A stretch of DNA of 64,000 bases, taken from contig NMRA01000085.1 in NCBI GenBank assembly GCA_002633005.1, forward strand, positions 784,565 through 848,564, written 5' to 3'. Within the stretch, counting starts at the first letter, position 1, and each line of letters opens with the position of its first letter. The stretch comes from Phoronis australis. Taxonomy: Eukaryota > Animalia > Phoronida. This document shows positions 40,701-52,762 of the stretch, piece after piece. A program made the translations under genes and the position numbers. Under the pieces are notes generated by a model. It saw only the letters and a list, made by a program, of their open reading frames with translations, did no database searches and was not told the origin of the DNA.

Positions 40701-43700
40701 AGTCTCTTGACGTAGACGTCTTGGCAGCAAACCCATTTATGACTTACAACTACATTTCAGTACGACCTGCTCGCGAGGTTATCACATTGGCCGACGGATC
40801 TACATACACTTATGGCAACCCGTAAACCAATACCCACGACCCACAGCACGACTGTCCCACGTATTACGTGCTCCACCTCACGCGACAGCCATCTGGCCTG
40901 GTGATTGTCTTGAGTTGGAGGCCCCGTCCGATTCCATCGATCCTGAAGAACATCTTGCAATCGAACCTCGCTGCGACAGCATTAGCCTCCGCTCCACGGG
41001 TGTTTCCCAGCTATGGCCACAACCCGCCATTCTTGCTCCGACTAATGGCAAAATTCGCTTGTTCAACAACACCGATGAACCACGAGTTTTGCGACGAGAT
41101 GAGCAGTTTTGCCAGGTACACGCCGTGTTCACTTCTTCGGAGGTTCCATCTGAATCCCCGACAGCCACCCAATGTATCTCATCCTCCAAAACTACCTTGG
41201 ATCATCATCGCTTTGTTGCCGTTGATCCCGACAATATTCTGCCTGCTGCTGATCGGTACAGATTCCACGCCCTGCATCGAGAATTTACTCACGTATTTGA
41301 TCCGCAATACCCCGGGTACAACGGCGCCACAGGCCCGTTTGAGGCCGTTGTCAACAAGAGTTCTACGCAACCTCCACAGAGGAAAGGTCGCCTCCCCCAA
41401 TACTCCAATGACAAGCTCCTGGAATTGCAACGAAAATTCAACGAGCTGGAGCTCCTGGGAGTATTCGCCCGTCCAGAGGATGTTGGTATTACAGTAGAAT
41501 ATCTTAATCCCTCGTTTCTAGTCAAGAAACCCCACGGAGGTTTTCGCTTAGTTACAGCATTTTCAGACGTCGGCCTGTACGCCAAGCCCCAACCATCTCT
41601 CATGCCTGACGTAGATTCCGTGCTTCGGAAGATTGCTCCGTTGGAAGTTCATCATCAAGACTGATGTTACGAGTGCCTTCTATCAAATTCCTTTGTCACG
41701 AGAGTCCATGAGATATTGTGGCTTAGGCCTATCCACACCTTTCCGAGGTATTCCCGGTTCGGAAACCGCTTTGGAAGAGTTGACGTGTCGTGTATTGGGA
41801 GAGCTTTTGGAAGAAGGAGCCGTCACCAAGCTCGCTGACGACCTATACTGTGTTGGTCAGACTATCACAGAGTTGATTACCAACTGGAAAAGGGTGCTAT
41901 ATGCATTGTCCACGGCGGATCTCCGTCTATCTTCTACAAAGACAGTCATAGCCCCACGACGCACAGAAGTCCTCGGCTGGATTTGGGAGATGGGTACTTT
42001 ACAAGCTAGCTCACATCGGATAGCTGCTCTCTCGTCTTGTCCCAAACCTGGCACTGTTCGGCAAATGAGATCCTTCAGCGGAGCCGTGAAAGCTGTGTCG
42101 AGAGTCCTGCCTTACTGTGCTTCTTTCATCGCCCCACTGGACTCCGCTATATCGGGATGCGATTCCAAAGACCGCATTACCTGGACCGATGAGTTACATG
42201 TTGCCTTCACCTCAGCCCAAAAGGCATTGTCCACGCATAAAACTATCACTCTACCCAGACCGGACGATCAGCTGTGGATAGTCACGGATGCCTCCGCTAA
42301 ACACCCGGGCATCGCTGGTACACTGTATCTCTCTCGTGAGGACACGCCACGTGTCTGCGGCTTCTTCAGTGCGAAACTGAAATCACGTCAAGTTACTTGG
42401 CTCCCATGCGAAATTGAAGCTCTCGCCATTGCTGCTACCGTGAAACATTTTAGCCCTTATCCGATTCAGTCAGCGCATCCTGCTATCACACTTACTGACA
42501 GCAAGCCTTGTGTACAAGCTTTTGAGAAACTCTGCAGGGGCGAATTCTCAGTCAGTCCTCGCGTGTCGACGTTTCTCTCCACCGTTTCTAGCTATCAGGC
42601 TATCGTTCGTCACGTATCTGGTGCCACTAATATCGTCTCCGACTTTGCGAGTTGCCATAGCCCAGAGTGCACCGACACTTCTTGCCAAGTGTGCCTTTTC
42701 GTGAACACTCTGGAAGATTGTGTGGTGCTCCATGCGACTGCTGCCGAGGTCCTTCAGGGAGAACACAAACTTCCGTTCACCACGAGGTCATCTTGGTTAT
42801 CCCTTCAGTCCGAGTCTCCCGAGTTACGGCGAGTACACTCTCATCTCAACCAAGGGACGCGGCCCTCCAATAGAGACACCAACGTTCGAGATGTCAAACG
42901 CTATCTCAACGTCGCCACTATCGCGTCAGATCGTTTACTTGTGGCTCGGCGAGACAAGCCTCTCGTCGCTCGTGAAGAACGCATCATCGTTCCACGTCCC
43001 ATCTTGGACGGCTTACCCACGGCACTTCATTTATGGCTGGATCACCCCACCTCCCATCAACTGAAACTTCTCATCCAACGATACTTCTTTGCACTTGATT
43101 TAGAGTGTGCCATTGATCGTTGCACACGCATATGCCATCAATGTTGTTCAATGCACTCTTTCCCGAAAACCACGACCCTGCAGAATACCTCTGATACACC
43201 TGCGACCGTTGGGACGTTGTTTGCAGCTGACGTCATGAAGCGCGAGCGACAGCTGATTTTGGTACTCCGAGAGTGTGTCTCTTCTTACACAGCGGCTTGT
43301 ATCATTGCTACTGAACGCCACGAGGATCTTCGTAATGGTCTTCTCCATATTGTATCTCGAACTGCGGTCGTTAGACGGCCCTCGTGCAGTTATCCGTACA
43401 GATCCGGCTTCAGGTTTCCAGGCTCTTCAAAAGGACAAACTCCTAGAACATCATCGCATTTCAAGTGAGATCGGACGCATCAAGAATCCCAACCATAATC
43501 CTGTCGCAGAGAAGGCCATAGAGGAGTTGTCACACAAGTTACTGCGTGATCAGCATGGAGCCGGCAATGTCAGTTCCTTACAGCTGGCCGTAGCTGTTGC
43601 TCGATTGAACAGCCGCCTTCGCTCCACCGGATTGTCTGCCAGAGAGATGTGGTTTCAGCGCGACCAGTTCACCAATTGCCAAATACCAGCTCATGACAAC

Positions 43701-44305
43701 TTGCTGATCTCTTCCCAACGACAACGGCACTCCCTCAACCATGGAACCAGTGCACGATCCAAGGCTCCTTTGGCCAACCAGGCAGTAGAATGCGACGCAT
43801 CCATCGGCGATATAGGGACAAGACCAGACCCCGTCCACGATACCTCGTGGTTGCTTCCGATGGCGTGTGGTTGAGTGTTCGTAAATTTTCTGGAGATCAG
43901 TTACGTAATGCTTCTTACCGTGTCAAACGCAGCGAGTGTTACCGTGATCCGTCAGAGATTACTGACATTCCAGCTGCATCACCTGTCACTTCCCCTTGTG
44001 GCCACGATGACGACGACGAGTTCCCACCGTCTTCCGCTGTTCCAGTATCCGTTTCATCATTGCCCGCGTCCTGCGATCCAGCTCCATGGTGCAACAACGG
44101 TGTACTATCTTCCCGTGGCCCATTTGCCGCCCCAGCTGTGCCATCCGTCATCGTTCCTCCCCCTGATGCATCCCGCCAGCTTGGTTCTACGACAACGCCT
44201 GCTGTTGAACCCCCCGTCTTTCCTGCTCATCCAGAGGCCCACTTAGAGAAGATTGCAACGGCTGCGCCACAAACCTCATTGGCAAACGGACGATTGGCTT
44301 TATGA
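37770..44305 (+). pseudogene. gag-pol of the LTR element, frameshifted and interrupted
   Basis: [10 protein letters not shown] gag start; zinc knuckle CALC-x9-H-x4-C (~40251-40307); protease LTFDCGPTGNMIS; RT KTDVTSAFYQIPL and KLADDLYC; RNase H IVTDAS/CEIEALAI/TDSKP; integrase H-x4-H..CHQC, FAADV, RTDPASGF, NPVAEKAIEE; several frameshifts. Confidence 0.92.
38397..40082. mobile_element. Non-autonomous Kolobok-like DNA transposon inserted in gag
   Basis: TTAA TSD (38393-38396/40083-40086), TIR AGTCCTTCT/AGAAGGACT; removal restores gag GLPQLVK-QRYGAEL. Confidence 0.85.
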
Positions 44306-44418
44306 CTGATTTTAGCTACTTTGTTAACGCCATAGTAACTTATTAGCACTGTGTTTGTTTTCTATTACCCGTTCTTAGTGTAAAGTTACCTCATTTTCTG
44401 TGACAGAAGAGGCAATCA

Positions 44419-44541
44419 CGCCATTGCATTGTTATTCGTACGACTGTGTTTGGGGTGAGCCCTTCCGGTTCGACCTCGTTGTGTTGTCGGCTGCGAATTA
44501 AACTCGTTAAACTTACAACTCTTTGTCTAGTTTATCTGGCG
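44419..44541 (+). repeat. 3' LTR
   Basis: Direct repeat of the 5' LTR, preceded by a purine tract. Confidence 0.93.
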
Positions 44542-45103
44542 CAGGTTCGTAGGTTGAAAATGTTTCAAACTTTTTGGGCAATTTTTTAAGTTGCAGCGTC
44601 ATGAATATTATGGCCCAAAGTAGTCTATTTTTGGTTCAAAGAGGTTTGGTTAGTAATCTAGCTTCCAAACTGTTAAAATGACTGAGAAATATATCGTTAT
44701 GGTGTTTAATTACGTAGATGCTGAACCTCTATCCGGAGAAAGTCTATGTTTTCAAAGATCAGAGGTCCGGTGACCGTCATTAGAACCTGCTAAATTTGCC
44801 CAATTTTTTGTATTTGATTTTTAGCCATTTTCATGTGCTCTGGGGGTCAAGTTGTTGGGTGATGGTGATTTCAAATAATGCCTTCTATTAATTTGCTTTG
44901 TGACTAACAAAATGGGCTTTTTGTTCGTTTCCAAGAAACAGCCGATGGAAACTGAGGACATACCGGTGTATTTTACAATCCTTGACTACGGAGCTATCTA
45001 CAGCTCTATCTCGTGAACCCATAAAGGTTCTTCATTAATTTTTATTGGTACTTATTCTGTTTGACTGATGTTTAACGGCTCGCCCGTATTATTTCTCGCA
45101 TTG

Positions 45104-45252
45104 CTGTTCCTGGGGCGTACACCTTGTCGTGGCAGAACAGCTTGCGTACCTTCGTGACCTCTAGAGTTTTACCTGCGGGAGTTTAAAACTCCTGGCAGGG
45201 CTACCCATGCCGGGCAGGTCGAAAGGTATAGATCAGACGAAATTCACCCCCA
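45104..45252 (+). ncRNA. Candidate HDV-like self-cleaving ribozyme (possibly decayed)
   Basis: P1 CTGTTCC/AGAACAG, P3-L3 ACC-TTGTCGT-GGC, long P4, J4/2 CAGACGAA, imperfect P2 GGGG/CCCC. Confidence 0.55.
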
Positions 45253-45780
45253 AACACTCCCTAGGATCACACTAGGATTGGGCGTAAGGCCAACTCCCTT
45301 ACCATGTAAAAACATTGCTTCTGTCACCTATGAGAAGGACAACTCTGACATTAAAACCTGGGCTGACTGGGCTCATTAGCAACCAGTCTAGGAGAAGGCC
45401 ACACCGAAACAAAACCATGTGCTGCCACAAAGACCGAGCATGTCGGCTAATGACATCGGGCAGACCTTCTATACCTGTACCACCTACCCTGAAGAAGAGA
45501 ACCAGACATGCACGAAATTTACCCATCATGGCCATGCAAACGGATATTGGACGGTATGGTGCTCGTCCCGTGGTTCGCCAGGCGGTGACAGTGCCGGCAC
45601 CTCAGCCTCGAATGGACCCCCCTTTAGTGACTGCATGGTGAGGCGAACCCAAGACTCAATCGAAGGCAGCGAAGCTCACTGCTAGCCAGCCAGCTTAGTC
45701 AGTCGGAAGCAGTTGCTCCGCTTGTCTTCGCACAGTGGAATGTTGAGGGTCTTCGCATGAAGAAACCCGAGCTCCAAGGC
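45104..45780 (+). mobile_element. 5' fragment of an APE-type non-LTR retrotransposon (ingi/RTE-like 5' UTR)
   Basis: Structured 5' UTR followed by APE endonuclease N-terminal motif PLVFAQWNVEGLRMKKPELQ at 45718-45777, then truncation. Confidence 0.7.
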
Positions 45781-45849
45781 ATTACGGCGTTTTCCCGTTG
45801 CTCCCAATTTGTTCGATTCTATAGCCCAACAACAAGTTTGGAAGAACAC

Positions 45850-46069
45850 CCCTGCAGCCAATCATTTACAGAATGGATCAATTAAAGATCACTTCCAAAC
45901 ACTCCACAAACAGAAAATTTCTCGTTCAGATATTGTTGACAATACCATCGTCAGGTATTTCGAACGTGACTCCTTTCGTTTGAAAATTCTCGAAGTTTTA
46001 ATAATAAAAACTGAAACTCCTAATTCCCAAGATACTGGGTTCCATCGTACCTTGTCGTTATATAAATAA
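45850..46069 (+). pseudogene. Penelope-like element GIY-YIG endonuclease C-terminal fragment
   Basis: HLQNGSIKDHF...NTIVRYFERDSFRLKILEVLII...QDTGFHRTLSLY. Confidence 0.7.
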
Positions 46070-46249
46070 TGTCCATAAGTTGTAACACCTATGTATTTTA
46101 TTAAATTTTACAACGTTTAAGAGTACATTAGTTTCCATGACAATTCCTTCTGTAATTGCGCTCTTATGTATGCAGCCTTATATTCGTGTTTAATATCATT
46201 GTTCTTGTTTCATATATCTTACACGATAGCGTTTACGATGTTTAAATTT

Positions 46250-46745
46250 ATTTGCCATCTTGTGGACATTAGCTAGCTTAATCAAACGGTTTAGTTCTTT
46301 CTTAAGATTATTTACAGGGTTATGGTTTACATTCTCAAACTTTGACATGTCAGCGATGATGTTATTCAGTTTCTCTTTGTACTCGTTCTTATTCAAGTGG
46401 TCTTATCAGACTTTCTAATAACGATGTCATCATTGTCCCTCAGTTGCTTAGCGACAGTAGGAAATTCTTCAGTTATTATTCGTTTGGAATTTCTTGAATT
46501 GGATCTGTTCTTTGTCCCTTCTGCCTTGAGTTGGTCTTTAATATTCGTATTAACACTGACAAAGCCATCTCTCTCAAGGTTTTCAATATCTTGGTAACTC
46601 TCTCAAGGTTTTCAATATCTTGGTAAAGCTTTTCAAGTTCAACACGTTTTTGTATAAATCAAATCGAGGTTTAAGGTGTACATTAATCCCCAATGACAAA
46701 AGTTTTATGTTCATCTTCTGTTAGTTGATGATCAGACAGATTCAT
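46250..46745 (-). pseudogene. Penelope-like element RT N-terminal fragment
   Basis: NLSDHQLTEDEHK.LLSLG, KRVELEKLYQDI, AKQLRDNDDIVIRKSDK, NKNEYKEKLNNIIADMSKF; frameshifts and a 29-bp tandem duplication. Confidence 0.75.
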
Positions 46746-47502
46746 GTTTTCCGCTTTTGCGGTGTAACTAAGGGACAAACTTTCAAGGTAGTTCAGGGTT
46801 AAAAGTTAAATCTGAAGTAATGTCAGTACAGTAAAGTTAATATGTAAGCTAACATGATCCTAGCAACGTTTTAACACAATAAGTAACTTCGAAAGTACTT
46901 AAGAGAATTTCAGAAATACGAACAGAACCAAATAGAGTTAAGAATGAAAGTGGACTAGCACGGCTTTTACCATAGTGAATGGGTTCTATAAAAAACTCCT
47001 TAACTAAGAAATGTCCAACCATGATCAAGGTTCTTCACATTTTGTTGCTTTGATATAACCTGGAGTAGAAAGTAAAAAGATACAAAACGAAGCAAAAGCA
47101 CAATTTACAGGCCTACATAAAGTTTTAAAAAATGTCCTACAGCGAAACGTAATCATACCTTGAAGAAAAGTTGATTTTAAGCAACAAAAACAAAAACGAT
47201 TTCAAAACTACACACGTGATAGCAAGAAACTGTAGACAACACCATCATTCGATGTGTTGAAAATTACACATTTTGGCCAAAGATTGTGGAATGGCTATTG
47301 ATCAGTCAGGAAAAATCTGTATTGAATGAGCAGCTCACAGGAGTGTACAGCACGCTGGCTCTGTTTCGATAGGGTTGCGGGCTTCCTACCGCGTGTTGGT
47401 ACACTCATCATGGTGTCCTTCCTCTGACAATATGAAATCAAAAAAATCACACCACGATAAGTGTTCCACATATCCGTGCTCGTTCTTCTAAGAACGCAGG
47501 AA

Positions 47503-47544
47503 CACCTGACGATAGCCAGAGAATAGACTGACCGAAACGTCGTG
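47503..47544 (+). ncRNA. Minimal type I hammerhead ribozyme remnant
   Basis: CAC-CTGACGA-t-AGCCAG..CTGACC-GAAA-CGTC-GTG; stem II has two mismatches. Confidence 0.45.
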
Positions 47545-50500
47545 ACAATGTAAATAGACAAGAGGTCGGTGTAAATAGACCAAGAGATTTTAATACTAGT
47601 TGCAATGTAACTTCATTACTTACTAAACGTCATTAAAAATACATGGTCATGTGTTCCAATTGGTGGCAGACTGGTAAAAAGTCAAAATTCTAGTTCTTCA
47701 TTTTTTACTTTCCGAAAAATATATCTTCTACTGAGTTAAACTCCATAGTTGTGTAGATAGTTGGATAAATACGCAGACTGGTCAATACTCGTAACATAAA
47801 ACAAAATTTGTTCAAGTTACTAATACATTTTGCTATTAATATACCTTTATCATATGGTAAATTATACTAAAAACATGGTCATGTGACCTATTTTTGACAG
47901 ATTGGTAGAAAACCAACATTCAAATTCCTCATGTCTTCTGCGTTCAGCAAATATTTAGTATTTTGTTCCACCACCAGGTGGGGCAGCTATTGGTTGTTAG
48001 TTGGCAACCAACTAGCACCCTATTTGCCTCTTAATTTAATCATTCTCTTAATTTGTCACCAGATGGAGCAGCTATTGGATGTTAGTTGTCCACCAACTGA
48101 CTCACCGTCTGCAATCAACTTATTTCAACCACCAAGTGACGCAGCTGTTGGTTGTTAGATGGCAGTATCTTGGTGTTTGATAACTTTCTAATTTCTCACT
48201 GGGTGGAGTAGTTTTTGGTTCTCATTTGATAACCAAAATGACCAGCTCCACTCTTTTAGAGTACTCGCTTTATACCACTAGGTGGTGTTCTGTCTAACTT
48301 GCTGTATACAAGTCAGTTGATGACTTTCTAAATAATAGTTGTAAGTCAGTTGATATATAAGTGGTTGGTTGACATCCCTGTCTTGTGCACTTTGTTGGTT
48401 GTCAACCAAGTGAGGTGTACACCTAACTAGTTGGTTGACATCCATGTAAGATACTGACATAACATAGGCTATAACATATCCTTTCACGAGAATTTTGGAA
48501 CCGTTTCATCCCGACGATACTCGAATGGTAACACCTATTTTTATTTGACCATTCAGGGAACAAGAATTTTCTGCCGTTCCCTTATTTGTCAGTGTGTGAA
48601 TTTGTCAACTGTTTTTTATACAAGTCTTTTTTCTCTCTCCCGCCGTCTCTTCCACAGACTATATACGGCTTCTAGATTGGTTGAGCGGCCTCACACTGAC
48701 GTGAGAGTGTGAACCCTGTGATTTATGAAAACAGCGGTACCTTGTAGTTGTTTTCTCCTTCCCCCTACCTAACATGGGTGCACTGAGGTTGGGTGGAGGA
48801 AAGACATAAAGTGACACTAAACATTTTTTTCTCATTTTGGCCTCCCCAGGTAGGATGATCCGAGGGAAAGCGGATTATTTCTTTTCTACAACAAAACCAC
48901 AAAATATGAAACATATGCAGGTAAAGCTTACATACAGTCTAAAAAGCTTGCATTCAAAGTCCGTTATTGTTTTACTTTTATGACTACATCAAATCTAGGC
49001 GGCGATGTCAAAAACGGGCAAAAATACACAAAATTGGGGCGATTTTCAACCTAAAACCACGACTCGTATACAACTACTAAGGACCAGCAGACAACATACT
49101 CCGAATGCAAAAACACTCCAGACTTCAAAAATTGGGAAGAAATTGGGTTTTGAAAAGCACGTTTTTTTAGCAAGCCTGAAAAGTTTGAGGGGTACCTGAA
49201 TTTCCAGCAAAAACTTGTCTGGTTTACAAGGTACTAGACTGGTTACAAACAGCCACGGTTGCCTGAAAAATAGGTCAACGGGGCAACAACCTGGATTTTT
49301 TTCAAAACAGGTTCAAAAATGCACAAATGCCATTCATAGCCACCACACTCGCACTGAATCTCAAAATGTCCAGCCAATCCAACAGGCACCAATTTTTTAT
49401 GAAATGGGGGAGGGGTAATTCGACTGTGCCTCAGAAAACCTATTGGGTGCCACATTCTGAGGTTTGACGAAGGCCACAGTACAGAGCATCGTTTGTTACC
49501 AATATATGTGATAAGACTAATGCTGCTTAACATCCATTAATAGGTTAAATCAGGAAGGATTAAGCAGTAAATGATTAGTATAATATAGCACTAAAGACTT
49601 ATGACTACAAAGGCAAGTCCAAACTGACCAGCTTCAAAGTACTATAAAACAACACCAGTCCCATAACTACAATACATATGCCTTATCAACATACATCATG
49701 CAGACTTTTCCATATTGTTATATTATTAGTTTAAAAAACGTTTTTAAATCATGCAATTTCAACTATATCATTTTATTATTTCACCAATTCAAACAAAATA
49801 TCAGAAATAACTGGTCAGTAGATTAGAAGCTGATTGCAGTGGCCATTCATAGCCGGTTCAGGCAAGCAGTATTATTCAAGATATCATTCAAATTGAGAAT
49901 GAAATTATTTTTTCCCAATGGAAGCAAACTGTCAAAATGATTTCAAATGGATTTTCTGTTACATTGAAGGTAAACCGCACAACAAAACACCAGTCACATT
50001 AAGATGTAGTCTAGGGGGGCACGAAGACTAGGATTCCTAACAATTTAAAGAGTGGACTTGAAGAAAAGGAACCCATTTGGAGAGAACGAGTCTGACATGT
50101 AGAGCTTAGAACCAGAAATGCCCCTTTCGTAAGCAGTTTATTCCGTAAGCCTAATTAGCTGTGGATCATTTTGGAAAAAATTGAGTCACAAAAGTCACCC
50201 TTTCAGTCGGACCCAGCCTAAAAAATGGGGCTCGAATTCTTGGGGATGTGGACCTTTTACCAAAAAACGAGCTACGGTCAGAGCTGTGAATTGTGCGTTC
50301 GCCGAATTTTAATAGTTCCTGCCTTTTTAGTGGACTTTTGGCTCGTTTTCTCGGATATGTTGTTTCTCTGAAGCGGACCTTTACCCCCGTGGGTGCGCGC
50401 ATCCGATTGGAGAGAAAATGGTCTTGAAAAAATGACCCTTGTAATCAACACAACTTGTAAACCTCTTCTTGGGAGTACCCTTTCGGATATGCTTTATTTT

Positions 50501-51203
50501 TATGGTTCAAAACAAATCCGCTTTTTCCTAACATACACGATTGATTAACCCATTCGCCTACGTAGGCCACACGTACAAGAACGTTAACAACGACTATATT
50601 TAATTTCTTTTGGTGTGCCTGAAATCTGACGTTTCGGAAAATGTATTGTACCCCTTCTTCATAACTGAGTCGGAAGAGGATTCAAGTCCCAATGGCCGTC
50701 TCTGAAAGTAGAAAAGTCATGCATAGCAATACTGCAACTGTTTTATTATGCAGGGAGAGCAGCCAGGTGAGCTGTATGTGAAGTTAAGAAAGTTAAGAGA
50801 GTTGTTCTTTGGGTACACGTACTGAAGGCTCACCATAAATTGACAATTCTAACCGATATCATGTCATTTCAACACGTCTTATCAACTGAAATGTCTGAGT
50901 TTGTATTTCTTATTATGGAAGGAACAACAAAAATCGAAGGTAAAGCAATTTTAAAAAGCATGAAATTTCCTCTTGTCGGAGGCTTGGTAAAACATAAAAG
51001 GAATTTTAAAATTTTTGATCACATTGTGTTTTGAGTATAACTTCAATAATGAAGTTTGTGGCATTTTTGAAAACACGCAATATAAAAGTATACAGAAGTT
51101 ATTTAAAAATCAAATGAAGAATAATAAGAGGTAGAGGCAAACAACCCGAATGCAATCCACTGATAAATACAGAAAACCAGAGGCTAATCTGTCCCACGGT
51201 GGT

Positions 51204-51655
51204 CCCGTTCCAAACGTCGTAACACCATTCAAGAGTCTATTAAATGCAAGCCGCTACATGCTTGCAGCTCAATGATGTAATACATGTATATTACTACAAT
51301 GCATTATAGACTGTAACACTCTTCAACGAGTCCTACATGAGTGTTACTGTGCGCTCTGGGATCAAGTCGATGTTTACTTTTGTTGCCAAGATTGTGGCTT
51401 ATATTCAGCTTCGAGACTAGCGGCAGTATGTATTTTGCGCCGAATTTACAAAGTGGCAGCCTCAGATGAAAGTAGCGCTATCCTAGAATTCTTAGGTCTC
51501 ACGACTTCACACTTGTTCTCATTGCTCAACGAAAAGCCGTCTCATTGCGGGCTTGTTGAAGAGTGTTACAGTGTATGATGTGTTGTAGTAATATATTACA
51601 GTGAGCTGCAAGCATTTAATAGACTCTTGAATGGTGTTACGGCGTTTGGAACGGG
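51204..51655. mobile_element. Foldback MITE with long TIRs, 4-bp TSD TGGT
   Basis: CCCGTTCCAAACG...GAGTCTATTAAATGC mirrored at the right end; arms ~100-120 bp. Confidence 0.8.
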
Positions 51656-52363
51656 TGGTCCCACCCTCTCAGGGTGAGAAACGTCAAAAAGCATAATGCA
51701 TACACGGACAACCAACATGACAAAATATCAAAGATTTATATCAATTTCCATTACACAGGATAATCAAGCCTTTTAAGCAAAACAATAACAAAACGGTCTG
51801 TTTAAAACTAACGCAGGCACCCAGTTTGCCTGGACCAACTTGGAAAGAGACCTGAGACAAGCGCAGCAGTTCTCTGCTGGCCCAATAACCTTCTTCGTCT
51901 CAGCAGGTGAACACAGGTGTGGATGTATGTTTCTGAAGTGATTATAAATTTCCTTGCTTCAGATGATTGCATTATGTACCCGGAAAAGATGAAGACAGAT
52001 GGTGACAAGCTGAAAACGTTTGACAAATAGCAACTGCCATCAAGCTGTTTATCATAACTCTGAGTCACGATTGGTATAGAAACATTCCAAACCCTCAGGT
52101 GGATAATCCATTAGGTTATCACGCTCGAAATGAAACCAGCCATTACATCTACTGCACTGTGCATACATGTACACTGTATTACAGTTTGTTGCCAGACTCT
52201 ATAGCAGCCTTGCAAATGGAACATGAGTTACGAGCATTACTACTCAAAAAGGTACTCGGTTTCTGCTGAACTTTTGACATTTTTCTGTGAATATTTCCTA
52301 TTGAAAAGCCGTCTGGGTCGCCGTGGAACAACCTTCGCCTCTCTGCCGTCACCCTCTCTTGAT

Positions 52364-52762
52364 TTGCTGTTGACAATGGCAATTCCTAAAGTTAAAGTCA
52401 TTAAATGTGAAATTAATTCCACATAGCCTCTGGTGTCTGTTATATGTCAGTTTGCTACACTGCAACACACGCATATTAATAGGGAATTCTGAAAGTCAAC
52501 TCTCCTATTTCGCGAAGGTAGGCAAATGCATCGTTAAATCTATTCGGTTGCAACTCCGCTATTGCTGTTGACAATGGCAATTCCTAAAGTTAAAGTCATT
52601 AAATGTGAAATTAATTCCACATAGCCTCTGGTGTCTGTTATATGTCAGTTTGCTACACTGCAACACACGCATCTTAATAGGGAATTCTGAAAGTCAACTC
52701 TCCTATTTCGCGAAGGTAGGCAAATGCATCGTTAAATCTATTCGGTTGCAACTCCGCTATTG
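52364..52762. repeat. 198-bp near-perfect tandem duplication
   Basis: Copies start at 52364 and 52562; one substitution seen. Confidence 0.9.

Larger units (their letters stand above)
37633..44541 (+). mobile_element. Full-length decayed gypsy-like LTR retrotransposon, Troyka-type (CG...CG LTRs, 3-bp TSD CAG)
   Basis: LTRs 37633-37756 and 44419-44541 (6 substitutions + 1 indel), termini CGCCA...TGGCG, TSD CAG (37630-37632/44542-44544), PBS TGGTGACAGCG, purine tract AGAAGAGG, gag-PR-RT-RH-INT order. Confidence 0.93.

Noticed and set aside
45299-45720. 2A (DxExNPGP) peptide upstream of the LINE endonuclease
   Set aside because: Looked for because ingi-like elements can carry one; motif not seen
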